DNA of 64,000 nt from Spirochaetota bacterium (GTDB lineage Bacteria; Spirochaetota; UBA4802; JAFGDQ01): NCBI GenBank assembly GCA_043803405.1, contig JAZDKB010000009.1:160001-224000 (forward strand), written 5' to 3'. Below are positions 51,601 to 61,855 of the stretch, in pieces. The notes beneath the pieces were generated by a model. It was not told where the DNA came from. It was given only the letters and a program-made list of their open reading frames with translations, and did no database searches. Positions within the stretch are counted from its first letter, which is position 1. Each line of letters begins with the position of its first letter. The translations under genes were made by a program, and so were the position numbers.

Positions 51601-53712
51601 TTGATCAATTATTCCCAAATGAGGATAGCTGTTAAAACAACTTTAGCAGCTGTGATTGTTATGTTTATTCCCTGCACTGCAGTGTCCGTCTTCCTGTACC
51701 GTTCGCGTATTTTAAGTATTAATGAATTTATAACCGGCATAATTATTACTTTTATTCTCGGCACAATAGCTTTGTACCTCCTGCTAAAAAGAACCATCCT
51801 GAAGCCTGTCGAAGAATTGAGAAACAAAACACTGGAGATTGGGAATACAAACAGTTTTAATTTAAGGCTGCCCGTAAAGGCAAAGAGCAATGATGAAATC
51901 TCGGCCCTGGCATCGGCATTCAATTCACTTCTTAATAAGATGTCCGAAACAAATTACGACCTGAGAAAAAAAATTGAAGACCAGAGCAGCATGCTCGAAA
52001 GAAGTATAAGAGAGAGGGTATCGTCATTAATGACAATGAACCAGGTACTCCTGTTGATGCAGGAAGTCTTTGAACATTCACTTGAAGGAATATACGTTAC
52101 CGATATAAAAGGAAAAATTATTAAAGTGAACCCGGCTTTCTCTGCTATTACCGGGTATTCGGAAGAAGAAGTAATCGGAAAAAATCCTAAAATTTTTCAT
52201 TCAGGTCTTCAGGAGACAAATTTCTATAAAGAAATGTGGCGTGATCTTGTCTCAAACGGGCGGTGGTCCGGAGAGATAACTAACCGCCATAAAGAAGGAA
52301 ATACTTATACTGAATGGTTATCAATCAGCGCCATACGTAATTCTCAGGAAGAAACAACAAATTACGTGGGAGTCTTTCATGATATCAGTGATCTGAAAAA
52401 AAAGGAAGAAATCATAGAACATCAGGCCTTCTATGATTCGCTGACCGGCCTCCCGAACAAGCTGCTTCTGAAAGACAGGATTGATAAAGGAATTGTAAAT
52501 GCCACAAGGGCCGGGAACCATCTGGGATTGATATTTTTTGATCTGGATAATTTTAAACAGATTAATGATACTATGGGGCATGCAGCGGGAGATGTTCTGC
52601 TTATAGAGGTCGCCGAACGTGTTAATTCCGTCACAAGAAGTTCCGACACCCTGTCAAGACTCGGGGGCGATGAATTCATGGTACTTGTTGAAAATATTGA
52701 AGATGCAAAACCGGTTGTAAACCTTGCGCAAAGAATAATTAGCTCTTTTCAGAATCCGTTCAATATTATTAACAACAAGTATCATGTAAGCGCAAGTATA
52801 GGGATTGCGTTTTTTCCGGAAGATGGCAAGGAATCGGAAACCCTTATCAGGAACGCGGATACGGCATTGTATAACGCAAAAGATGAATCGAAAGGAAGCA
52901 TTATGCTGTTTACATCTTCTTTCAATGAAAACGTGGCACGGAAACTCAAAATAGAAAATGATTTAAGGACCGCTATCAAGGAGAACAATTTCGAGCTTCA
53001 CTATCAGCCGAAACTCGATTTTAAGACTGGAAAAATTATTGGAGTTGAAGGCCTTGTCAGGATGAAAGAGAAGCAAAACCTGGTAAACCCTGTTGAATTT
53101 ATTCCTCTGGCAGAAGAAACAGGGCTCATTATTGAGATTGACAGGATTGTAATGGACATTGGGTTCAATGAAATCAGCATTCTTTTTGAGGAACTGGGAA
53201 TTTCGCTTAACCTTGCTCTGAATTGCTCCACAAAGGCGTTATACCTGAAAACTTTTCCGGATGCACTCTTCTGGTCACTGGAGAATTACCTGGTTAAACC
53301 GGAAAATTTTGAACTTGAAGTAACAGAAACTACAATCATGAAAAATTATAATGAATCTCTGCAAATGCTATTTCATCTCAGGAATATGGGTATTAAAATT
53401 TCTCTGGACGATTTCGGCACAGGTTATTCATCACTTGCACAGATGAGAAACCTGCCGATAAATTGTATTAAGATTGACAGAAGCTTTATATGCGACCTGG
53501 AAAAAAACAGGAATAATGCTTTTATTCTTGAGTTAATTATTTCCCTTTCACGAAAGATCGGCATTACGACTGTTGCCGAAGGAATTGAGAACGAAAATCA
53601 GTTTAACTTTTTAAAAGAAGCCGGATGTGATATTGCACAGGGATATTACATCAGCAAACCTCTTCCTTTGGATGAACTGAAGAAGTTCCTAACTTTACCG
53701 GCCCGGGGATAG
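51601..53712 (+). CDS. HAMP-PAS-GGDEF-EAL c-di-GMP enzyme
   Basis: Two TM segments, HAMP, PAS, RLGGDEF, VEGLVR, DDFGTGYSSL, AEGIE, QGYY. Confidence 0.92.
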   Translation: MINYSQMRIAVKTTLAAVIVMFIPCTAVSVFLYRSRILSINEFITGIIITFILGTIALYLLLKRTILKPVEELRNKTLEIGNTNSFNLRLPVKAKSNDEISALASAFNSLLNKMSETNYDLRKKIEDQSSMLERSIRERVSSLMTMNQVLLLMQEVFEHSLEGIYVTDIKGKIIKVNPAFSAITGYSEEEVIGKNPKIFHSGLQETNFYKEMWRDLVSNGRWSGEITNRHKEGNTYTEWLSISAIRNSQEETTNYVGVFHDISDLKKKEEIIEHQAFYDSLTGLPNKLLLKDRIDKGIVNATRAGNHLGLIFFDLDNFKQINDTMGHAAGDVLLIEVAERVNSVTRSSDTLSRLGGDEFMVLVENIEDAKPVVNLAQRIISSFQNPFNIINNKYHVSASIGIAFFPEDGKESETLIRNADTALYNAKDESKGSIMLFTSSFNENVARKLKIENDLRTAIKENNFELHYQPKLDFKTGKIIGVEGLVRMKEKQNLVNPVEFIPLAEETGLIIEIDRIVMDIGFNEISILFEELGISLNLALNCSTKALYLKTFPDALFWSLENYLVKPENFELEVTETTIMKNYNESLQMLFHLRNMGIKISLDDFGTGYSSLAQMRNLPINCIKIDRSFICDLEKNRNNAFILELIISLSRKIGITTVAEGIENENQFNFLKEAGCDIAQGYYISKPLPLDELKKFLTLPARG

Positions 53713-53716
53713 TAAT

Positions 53717-55135
53717 TTATGCTATATCAATACAGATTATGCATATATCGTCATTGAACAAATCATTGCCGTGAAAAAGTATCAGTTCATTATAAAGTGT
53801 ATTTATAAAATCCTTACTATCCAGGTCTTTCAGTTTTAAAAAATGATCGTCTATTTCATTACCGAATTCTAATTTTGGATCATGGTTGTTTCTCGCTTCA
53901 ACAAGGCCGTCTGTGAACAAAAGCAGTTTGCTGTTTCCCGGCAGAACTGCCTTGCTGTTTGTATAGTCCAGACCTGACTGGGTAAGATCCTGACTATTCA
54001 TAACACTTAGAGGAATACTTTTTGCCGTATTCAATTTCACTATTTTATCTTTTAAAATTATCGACGGGGGAAGGTGACCGGCGTTTGAATAAATGAGAGA
54101 ATGGCTGATATTATCATAAATTCCGTAAAATGCAGTTACATAATTGTCATTAGTCTGGATCTTAAGTACCTGGTTCAGGTGATGGAGCAGTATTGCGGGA
54201 TTTGAGGAAATTTTTCTTGATTCAAGTATGCTGCTCTTAATCATGGATGTTATCAGCGCTGCCGGAACACCGTGCCCGGATACATCGCTTAAAAAAATTC
54301 CGACTTTGTTTTTATCCTTGAATTCAATAAAATCCAGTAAATCTCCCCCGACAGCTTCCATCGGTTTATAGAATGAATGTATATAGTGATTGGGACTTTT
54401 CCTTGGAATAAAATTCTGCTGAATAACGCGTGCCATTTCAAGTTCCTTATTCATAATGTTTATACGGTCTTTCAACTGGTTGCGTTCATTCTGCAATTCT
54501 TCTCGTTTATCTGCCAGTTCCCTTCTCTGGATAAAATTTTTACGTGTATAATGCTCAATAAGATAGCAGGCAAACATTCCAATTATGTTTGATGATATAA
54601 AGAAGAAATTATTGTTAATAAAAATGCTGACTAATCTGCTGTTTTCAAGCATACCTTGAAAAAATACCGCGGTTATTTCATACGCGAAAACAATAATCCA
54701 GCCCGAGGCAGCTGCGTAAGTGAACCTTAATTTTACAAATGTATAGCTCCACATAAGAACAAGCATCAGTCCGGCATAATAGAAAAGTCCGCTCTCCTTT
54801 TCCACGGCAATACCTATCATTGCAACTATGCCGAATCCCGCGATAAGAGACAATGCAGAGAGTATAATTTGCATATATTTTTTGAATATATTTAAATAGG
54901 AAACTCCAAAAACTACAAACAGGGAGGGAACAACAATTGCAAAACGTATAAACCATATCTTTGATTTTGTAAGAGGAGCGATAAGGCTGTCGAGTACTCC
55001 AAATGCAGAATAAAGAATTATTCCAAGAATCAGCGCAATTCTTACGGTAAAGATCGATTTTTCGAAATAATCTTCAATAAAAAGAGCTTCAATTGCAGGG
55101 TCAGGGAACTTTAATTTTGACAGGAATAATTTCAA
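53717..55135 (-). CDS. Second multi-TM sensor fused to a PP2C/SpoIIE phosphatase
   Basis: About 6 TM segments including FYYAGLMLV; AVGGDL, SDVSGHG, NAGH, FTDG, DDICI. Confidence 0.9.
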   Translation of the reverse strand: MKLFLSKLKFPDPAIEALFIEDYFEKSIFTVRIALILGIILYSAFGVLDSLIAPLTKSKIWFIRFAIVVPSLFVVFGVSYLNIFKKYMQIILSALSLIAGFGIVAMIGIAVEKESGLFYYAGLMLVLMWSYTFVKLRFTYAAASGWIIVFAYEITAVFFQGMLENSRLVSIFINNNFFFISSNIIGMFACYLIEHYTRKNFIQRRELADKREELQNERNQLKDRINIMNKELEMARVIQQNFIPRKSPNHYIHSFYKPMEAVGGDLLDFIEFKDKNKVGIFLSDVSGHGVPAALITSMIKSSILESRKISSNPAILLHHLNQVLKIQTNDNYVTAFYGIYDNISHSLIYSNAGHLPPSIILKDKIVKLNTAKSIPLSVMNSQDLTQSGLDYTNSKAVLPGNSKLLLFTDGLVEARNNHDPKLEFGNEIDDHFLKLKDLDSKDFINTLYNELILFHGNDLFNDDICIICIDIA

Positions 55136-55302
55136 AGTGAATATCCCCTCAAAAATTTAACCTATCCACATCTCCTTGTATGTCCTTATGGCTTTTAATT
55201 ATAATTCAATATTGTAATAATGTCAAGATATGTAATTAATATAATTCTTATATGCCGATAATCAAGAAAAGATAATGCAGATCATATATAGAAAGGCCAG
55301 TA

Positions 55303-56379
55303 ATGAAAGATATTAAAGCAGCTCTTATCGGTTGCGGGAGAATTGGCTTCCTTCTCGAGAACGATCCTTTGCGCAACAAGCCCTGCACTCACTTCGGAGG
55401 CGCAAAGGCAGCCGGAATAAAAATAAAGTATGCCTGCGATATAAACGAAGAAAGACTATTCAGTTTTGCTGAGAAAGCACAGCTTCAAAAAACAAATCTA
55501 TACACATACTACCGCGAATTACTCCTTAAAGAGCGGCCGCAACTGGTTATCATTGCAACATGGACGAACTCCCATACAGAGATCGGCATACTTGCTGCGA
55601 AGAACGGCGCAAGAACGATCATTTGCGAAAAACCGGTCGCTGCCAATCTAAAGGATGCCGAAGCGCTCCTCGCCGAATGCAAAAAACGCAAAGTTAATCT
55701 CATCATTAATCACGAAAGGCGATACGATGCAAGGTACCACGCAGTAAAAAAATTGCTGACAGAAAACAGGATAGGCGAAGTAAAAACAGTTTACGCGTCC
55801 GTTCTTTCGGCCGGAGCCGGCAGCGCGGATATCACCCTGGGCGGAGGGCCGCTGCTTCACGACGGCACACACATGATAGACATTATCAGATATTTCTTCG
55901 GTGACATCCTCTGGGTAAGAGGCGAAATGCAGAAAAAAAAGCCGTCCGGATTTGAAAACAGGGCTGCGGCATGGCTAAGAAGCAAAACAGGCGTGGACAT
56001 CTTTCTCGAAGCAGGCGGGTCAAGAAAATACTTTGTATTTGAGCTTCAGATATCGGGCACAGAAGGCAAAATAGTAATCGGCAATGGATACGAGAACCTT
56101 TATCTTAACAATAAATCAAAATATTATACAGGCTTCAGAGATCTTACGGAAAAACCATTCCCGCATATAAAAGGAATGAATTATTTCAAACAGGAATATC
56201 TCGAAGCAAATAATTTATTATCGGATAAAAAAATAAATATTTCCTCAAGCGGTTATGACGGGTATAAAGCGCTGGAGACAATCCATGCCATTTATCTCTC
56301 ATCTCATTTAAAAAGCAATAAAATAGATCTGCCGATAAAACCAGGGCAAATAGATCTAAAAGAGATATTTAAGATGTAA
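55303..56379 (+). CDS. Gfo/Idh/MocA-family oxidoreductase
   Basis: IGCGRIG, ICEKP, GGGPLLHDGTHMID. Confidence 0.88.
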   Translation: MKDIKAALIGCGRIGFLLENDPLRNKPCTHFGGAKAAGIKIKYACDINEERLFSFAEKAQLQKTNLYTYYRELLLKERPQLVIIATWTNSHTEIGILAAKNGARTIICEKPVAANLKDAEALLAECKKRKVNLIINHERRYDARYHAVKKLLTENRIGEVKTVYASVLSAGAGSADITLGGGPLLHDGTHMIDIIRYFFGDILWVRGEMQKKKPSGFENRAAAWLRSKTGVDIFLEAGGSRKYFVFELQISGTEGKIVIGNGYENLYLNNKSKYYTGFRDLTEKPFPHIKGMNYFKQEYLEANNLLSDKKINISSSGYDGYKALETIHAIYLSSHLKSNKIDLPIKPGQIDLKEIFKM

Positions 56380-56517
56380 TTCACTGCAAATCATTAACTT
56401 AATTTCACCGAATTAATAAAAATCCACAAAAATTCTGTTGACTTTTAAAATTCTATTTTCAATTTTTATCCAGGTCTAATTCAATTTTTACATTAAAAAA
56501 ATATCTACTAAACAAAT

Positions 56518-58458
56518 ATGAAAAATACAACCGGAGAAAAATATCCGCATGTGTTTCAGCCCGGCCGCATCGGGAAGCTTGAAACAAAAAACAGGGTAAA
56601 ATACGCGGCTACTGAAACGAACTTCCCTTTCGGCGACGGATACGTAAACGACAAAGAAGTCGCATACATGGAAGCACAGGCCAGGGGAGGAGCAGGGATT
56701 ATCACGACCCAGGGCGCTTACCCTGATAAAGCAGGCGAAGGTAAAGGCTTCAAGGGTATGATGGCTATTTACGACGACCGCTTTATTCCAGGACTTGCGC
56801 GCATCGCTGCTGTAATTCGCAAACATAATGTTCTCTCCTGTATACAGATTCTCCATTGCGGCAGGGAGGGAGGCGTTGAACTTGATTACTGCCTCATGCC
56901 TTCGCTTGTTCCTCAAAAGCTGTCTTACTTTAAGCCTCCGCGCGAAATCACGAAAGATGAAATAAAGCAGGCTCTCAGGGATCATGTTGACGCAGCCAGG
57001 CGGGCTAAAGACGCAGGTTTTGATATGATCGAACTTAACGGAATAGTAGGCTACCTTATATCGTCTTTCATTTCCAGGTATACCAACAAACGTTCAGACG
57101 AATACGGCGGCGACCTACGCAACAGATGCAAACTGATGACTGAGATTATACATGGAGTAAAGGACTGTGTGGGAGATATGCCTGTAGGCATAAGGCTGAA
57201 CGGCCATGAACTGCTGGACGACCGCGGCGGCAACACAATGGCCGAGAGCATAGAGACATGCAAAATTGCAGAAGAAGCAGGCGCGGACTATGTCAGCGTC
57301 ACTATCGGATGGCACGAGTCGTCGCAATCGGTCATAACAAGGGACGTTCCCATGGGGCACTGGCTGCCTGTTGCGGAAGCGGTGAAAAAAGCCGTAAATA
57401 TCCCGGTTATGATGGCATTCAGGCAGTTCCTTCCGCATATTCCGGAAAAAGCAATATCAAACAATCAAATAGATTTCTGGGAACTCTGCAGGCCGATGAT
57501 TGCTGATCCCGAACTCCCTCTTAAAGCACTGGAAAACCGCGAGGACGAAATTATACCTTGCGTTGCCTGCAATGTTTGTTTCTCAAGACTTTATTATCAT
57601 CAGCCCATCATGTGCACTGTAAGGCCCAGCCTTGGACATGAAGGAGAAGAAAAATGGGGCTATTATGGATTTCATAATATCAAAAATAAAAAAAATATTG
57701 TTATTGTCGGCGGTGGCCCGGCCGGTCTTCAATGCGCAGCAATAGCTGCTGCTAAAGGCTACAACGTGAGGCTCTTTGAAAAGCAAAAACAGTTGGGCGG
57801 CAATATTCTGCTGGCATCCAAAGTAGATAAGGGAGCAATTGAACTCTTGAGGCCAATTAATACTCTGGAAACGCTTTGCAGAAAGACAGGTGTTGATATA
57901 ACCCTCGGCCTCGCTTTTACTCCTGAAATGCTTAAACAGGAAAAAGCCGACGCATTTGTTATAGCATCCGGAGCAGTTGAAAAAACGCATACAGAAGATA
58001 TTCTTACTCCTTACAATATCCTTGCGGAAGGGAAAAAGCCGGGCAAACGTATTGTTATTTTAGGCGGAGGCGGCGCAGGCCTCGGCGTTGCGGTTTACCT
58101 TCTTCAGAATAATGATTTCGAGATCACCATTATCGAAGAAGGAACAAAACTTGGCAGGGACGTTAATCCGTTTTACCTGTGGCAGTATGTGGCTTTACTG
58201 AAAAGGAAAAATGCTTCGTTCCATACCCGCTCCAAAGCAACTGAAATAAACGGTAATACAGTTCGCATCAAAGGCCCGAAAGGAGAAACGGTTTTCAATC
58301 CGGATAGTATAATAATGACACAGTTTGAACCAGATGCCGCATGGCGGAAAACGGCTTTCGGCATTTCAAAGGAAATATATTTTATAGGCGACGCAAAAAA
58401 ACCGAGGCGTCTTCTGAATGCTATACACGATGGTTATCGTATGGGGATGGCGCTATGA
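56518..58458 (+). CDS. NADH:flavin oxidoreductase (old yellow enzyme / 2,4-dienoyl-CoA reductase-like) with Fe-S and FAD domains
   Basis: ARGGAG, QILHCGR, AGFDMIE, NKRSDEYGG, CVACNVC, VGGGPAG. Confidence 0.88.
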   Translation: MKNTTGEKYPHVFQPGRIGKLETKNRVKYAATETNFPFGDGYVNDKEVAYMEAQARGGAGIITTQGAYPDKAGEGKGFKGMMAIYDDRFIPGLARIAAVIRKHNVLSCIQILHCGREGGVELDYCLMPSLVPQKLSYFKPPREITKDEIKQALRDHVDAARRAKDAGFDMIELNGIVGYLISSFISRYTNKRSDEYGGDLRNRCKLMTEIIHGVKDCVGDMPVGIRLNGHELLDDRGGNTMAESIETCKIAEEAGADYVSVTIGWHESSQSVITRDVPMGHWLPVAEAVKKAVNIPVMMAFRQFLPHIPEKAISNNQIDFWELCRPMIADPELPLKALENREDEIIPCVACNVCFSRLYYHQPIMCTVRPSLGHEGEEKWGYYGFHNIKNKKNIVIVGGGPAGLQCAAIAAAKGYNVRLFEKQKQLGGNILLASKVDKGAIELLRPINTLETLCRKTGVDITLGLAFTPEMLKQEKADAFVIASGAVEKTHTEDILTPYNILAEGKKPGKRIVILGGGGAGLGVAVYLLQNNDFEITIIEEGTKLGRDVNPFYLWQYVALLKRKNASFHTRSKATEINGNTVRIKGPKGETVFNPDSIIMTQFEPDAAWRKTAFGISKEIYFIGDAKKPRRLLNAIHDGYRMGMAL

Positions 58459-58670
58459 TACCGATTATTGATAAAGATACTTGTTCAGGCTGCACCAACT
58501 GTGTTGAGATATGTCCTCCGCAGGCAATATCCATGATTAACGGAACAGCTTTTATTGAAGTTGAATTATGCGAGGAATGCGGCTTTTGCGCAGCCGAATG
58601 CCCGGTTGATGCTATCTCGATACATTTCCCGTTATCAGGGAATGATATAATTCCATCCGGAAAAAAATAA
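58455..58670 (+). CDS. 2x[4Fe-4S] ferredoxin
   Basis: CSGCTNCVEICP and CEECGFCAAECP; ATGA overlap with the upstream gene. Confidence 0.9.
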   Translation: MIPIIDKDTCSGCTNCVEICPPQAISMINGTAFIEVELCEECGFCAAECPVDAISIHFPLSGNDIIPSGKK

Positions 58671-58741
58671 TTTAGAGTACGTCCCAAATAAGGCCGGTAA
58701 TACATTCAGTCTGCAAATTCAGAAAAATCTTTAAGTCGATC

Positions 58742-59497
58742 CTACTTCCTTTTGAAAAAGCCCTCTATACGCTGCCGGAATTCTTCTTTGCCGGATAATT
58801 CAACAATAAATTCACGTTCCTTATCCAGATGAGCTTCCAGTCCCGAATACAGGGACTGATTTACCAGTTCCTTAAAATATTTAATTGTTTCCATCGGCAG
58901 GGCTTTGACTTCGTCAATCAATTTTTGAAGGCTTGCTTCCAGCTCTTCAGCTTCCACCATAAAATTGACCAGCCCAAGTTCCTGCGCCTTTTCCATAGTA
59001 ATATTACGTGAAAGAAGATACAGCTCATTAAATTTTAATGCTCCGACTATCCGCGAAATCAGAATGCTTCCGCCGCCGTCGGGCGTAAGGCCGATCCTCC
59101 TGTAACCCAGATTCATAATAGTTTTCTTTTCAGCAATAGTCAGATCACAGGCAGCAGCCAGGCCCGCGCCCGCTCCTATTGCAACGCCTTCCAGAACCGC
59201 AATAAATACAGCGCTGCTGTTCCTTATCATCTTAATGCTGTCATTAAGGAGAGTCGCCTCTGTAATAACCGTAGCTTTCTTATCGCCGGCATCTTTAAAA
59301 TCAGCAAGGTCTCCGCCCGAGCAAAAGTTTTTTCCCGCTCCTCTTAAAACAACAATTGAAGGCTTCTTTGCTTCAACTTTCTTCAAAGTATCAAAGAGAG
59401 CCTGAAACAATGCAAAATTCATCGCATTTTTTTTATCAGGTCTGTTTAACGTAATTGTGCATACGTCCTCTTTGTATGTTTCAAATACTTCGTTCAC
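58742..59497 (-). CDS. Enoyl-CoA hydratase/isomerase family protein
   Basis: ITLNRPDKKNA, FCSGGDL, AIGAGAGLAAACD, IGLTPDGG. Confidence 0.9.
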   Translation of the reverse strand: MNEVFETYKEDVCTITLNRPDKKNAMNFALFQALFDTLKKVEAKKPSIVVLRGAGKNFCSGGDLADFKDAGDKKATVITEATLLNDSIKMIRNSSAVFIAVLEGVAIGAGAGLAAACDLTIAEKKTIMNLGYRRIGLTPDGGGSILISRIVGALKFNELYLLSRNITMEKAQELGLVNFMVEAEELEASLQKLIDEVKALPMETIKYFKELVNQSLYSGLEAHLDKEREFIVELSGKEEFRQRIEGFFKRK

Positions 59498-59558
59498 GTG
59501 TTGCCTCCTGTAACAGCAGCAGATCCGACTAATTGTTTATCATATAAATACTTATCAG

Positions 59559-60098
59559 TTAGCTGCCTGAATTGTTTGATTTTTCATTCATTTTTTGTTT
59601 TAACTTTTTTACAAGAACGCTGAAGTCTTTCGGGAATATTTCCGAAATCCTTATGTCGCTTGGAAGAGATTCAAAATATTCTATAGCGATCCTTTGAACA
59701 TTCAGGTTAGTGCTGTTTATAGCTGATTTAATCGGCCCGCCAATAAACGCGTTCGGGAGTAATTTAATGGCTTCAGCGGCCGCTATTGGCTCTTTTGGAG
59801 AAGCATAGTTATACGATTCGGTTTTATCGTGAACACCTGTAAAATTGGATTCTATAATACCCATAATAGCGCGGGCTGCAGCTATATGAAGTTTCTTCAG
59901 CGATTCGGTTGTCTCTTTATATATCTTTAATTGTTTGCTTTCACTGTCCCTCGGCATCCTGGGCAGATCATTCAGCTTTTTAAGCGAATTTAATTTTATT
60001 TGAATGTCTTCTTTCTGCACTGAACGGGCAATATCTTCAGCCATGGATATTATCCCTTTAAAATAGTCGACATCGTATAAATTTTTAGTATTGGACAT
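59559..60098 (-). CDS. Hypothetical protein
   Basis: ORF co-oriented with mtnP; AGGAGA RBS supports ATG 60098. Confidence 0.65.
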   Translation of the reverse strand: MSNTKNLYDVDYFKGIISMAEDIARSVQKEDIQIKLNSLKKLNDLPRMPRDSESKQLKIYKETTESLKKLHIAAARAIMGIIESNFTGVHDKTESYNYASPKEPIAAAEAIKLLPNAFIGGPIKSAINSTNLNVQRIAIEYFESLPSDIRISEIFPKDFSVLVKKLKQKMNEKSNNSGS

Positions 60099-60132
60099 AT
60101 TCATTCTCCTTTTAAAAAATATATTCAATCAA

Positions 60133-60609
60133 TTAAAAATTTTTATTGGCATAGATAATAAGCATATCTCTATTTAAGCTTTTTAGCTTATTTTTACTAT
60201 TTTCCTCCATTGTAATCCATGCTTCGCGGGCTGCGATAACGGAGCTGATGCCGAATGTTCCTATTAAAAGCGCAGGCTTATAATCCTGCCAAACGCTTAC
60301 GCCAGTATTCTGCTTTCTTACCAGCCCGTATGTATAAAGACCGGCAAAAGTGATAATAAAAACAAACGGCGCCGAAATAAAAAACGCGATTTCAAACCTG
60401 CGAAACGGGCTTTCCTGTTCCCCGATTTGTACCGGTTCGTCCGGCTTATCCGTAGATTTGTTTTTAATAGCCAAGTAACCTGACATTTCATATTGCAGAT
60501 AATCCTGCGACGAACTTCTCCAGTATGGGATCTCCCCGTATCCGTTTAGTGTCATTTGCATTATTAAGAAAAAAATTATTGATATATATTTTAAAATTTT
60601 CAAATGCAC
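60133..60609 (-). CDS. Hypothetical membrane protein
   Basis: Signal-like N-terminus plus two hydrophobic segments; 21 bp after mtnP. Confidence 0.65.
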   Translation of the reverse strand: MHLKILKYISIIFFLIMQMTLNGYGEIPYWRSSSQDYLQYEMSGYLAIKNKSTDKPDEPVQIGEQESPFRRFEIAFFISAPFVFIITFAGLYTYGLVRKQNTGVSVWQDYKPALLIGTFGISSVIAAREAWITMEENSKNKLKSLNRDMLIIYANKNF

Positions 60610-60630
60610 GAGGATTCCTTATAGTTAAAA

Positions 60631-61491
60631 TTAAAAATATGCCGGAAATATTTTTTTTAGCTTTTTCTTTTGTGAAATATTCTGCTTCCCCTGAGCAGTT
60701 ATGATCGAATTTTTAACCGCGTCTTTGCATTCGCATGTCCTGTTCCCGCCCATCTTAGGCAGTAAAGCCATCATCAGTTTTTTCGCATTGTCGGCGTTTT
60801 TATGAAGATTTTCTATTAACATCTCAACAGTAACATGGGCTTCATCCACTTTCCAGCAGTCGTAATCCGTGCTCATGCAGATAACGGCATAGCATATTTC
60901 AGCTTCACGGGCGAGCTTGGCTTCAGGCAACGTGCTCATGTTTATAACGCCGGCTCCCCACGATCTGTACAAATTACTCTCAGCTCTTGTTGAAAACGCA
61001 GGTCCCTCCATACAGATAACGGTTTCGTTCGTATGGAGCCGGATGCCAGTTGATTCGGCAACCGGTTTAATTATTTCATGAAGCCTGGAACAAAACGGAT
61101 CGGCAAACGCAATGTGTCCTGCTATACCGTCGCCGAAAAAAGTACTCGGCCTGGTTTTGGTCCTGTCTATTACCTGGTCAGGAAGCACAAAGTCCAGCGG
61201 CTTTATTTTCTCTTTCAGGCTGCCGACAGCGGAAAACGCAATAATCTCTTCAACACCGATCATTTTAAGAGCCGCAATATTTGCCAGCGAATTGACTTCA
61301 TGGGGAAGGATAAAATGCCCTCTGCCGTGCCTGGGAAGAAAAGCCGTGTCAACGCCTTCCACTTTTGCTATTACTATTGAGTCGGACGGTTTTCCCCAGG
61401 GAGTATCCATATTTAATTCATCAAGAATTTCAACTCCGTCAATTTCGTAAATACCCGAACCGCCTATTACGCCAACCTTTACATTTTCCAT
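60631..61491 (-). CDS. mtnP: S-methyl-5'-thioadenosine phosphorylase
   Basis: GVIGGSG, FLPRHG, SAVGSL, MEGPAFSTRAES, PEAKLAREAE, STDYDCW. Confidence 0.93.
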   Translation of the reverse strand: MENVKVGVIGGSGIYEIDGVEILDELNMDTPWGKPSDSIVIAKVEGVDTAFLPRHGRGHFILPHEVNSLANIAALKMIGVEEIIAFSAVGSLKEKIKPLDFVLPDQVIDRTKTRPSTFFGDGIAGHIAFADPFCSRLHEIIKPVAESTGIRLHTNETVICMEGPAFSTRAESNLYRSWGAGVINMSTLPEAKLAREAEICYAVICMSTDYDCWKVDEAHVTVEMLIENLHKNADNAKKLMMALLPKMGGNRTCECKDAVKNSIITAQGKQNISQKKKLKKIFPAYF

Positions 61492-61732
61492 TTCATTTTT
61501 TCCTGCATAAATATTTTTCTGATGATTTAGAATAAAAATATTTTCATGTCAAGTTAAAATCGCACTTAACCAGTTTCCTATTATCTGCGATAGGAGTTAG
61601 TAAGCGTCAATAAATGAAATAATTTTTGAATGCACAATCATCGCCGGTAATTATAAAAAACCGGCATTACGATAAAATTTCCACAAGGAACCGGAAATTT
61701 TTTGGTAAAAAGCTGATTATAAAAATAGACCT

Positions 61733-61826
61733 CATGTAGCGTTCATTACATTCTATGTAGCATTCATTACATCGTACGTAGCGTTCATGACAAACCGCTT
61801 TACATTAAAAAAAATTATGATAATAT
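61733..61826 (+). promoter_or_regulatory. Three 21-bp direct repeats followed by a putative promoter TTTACA-16bp-(TGn)TAATAT, upstream of cas6
   Basis: catgtagcgttcattac-attct-atgtagcattcattac-atcgt-acgtagcgttcatgac, a 7-bp gap, then TTTACA at 61799. Matches the reverse complement of 613-671 at 53 of 59 positions. Confidence 0.7.
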
Positions 61827-61855
61827 CCACAGAATAATGTTTAACATTAGCGCTC

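Noticed and set aside
61733..61791. Mini CRISPR array upstream of cas6
   Set aside because: Units are 16 bp with 5-bp linkers, far too short for repeats and spacers. The same element occurs at 613-671 with no cas gene.
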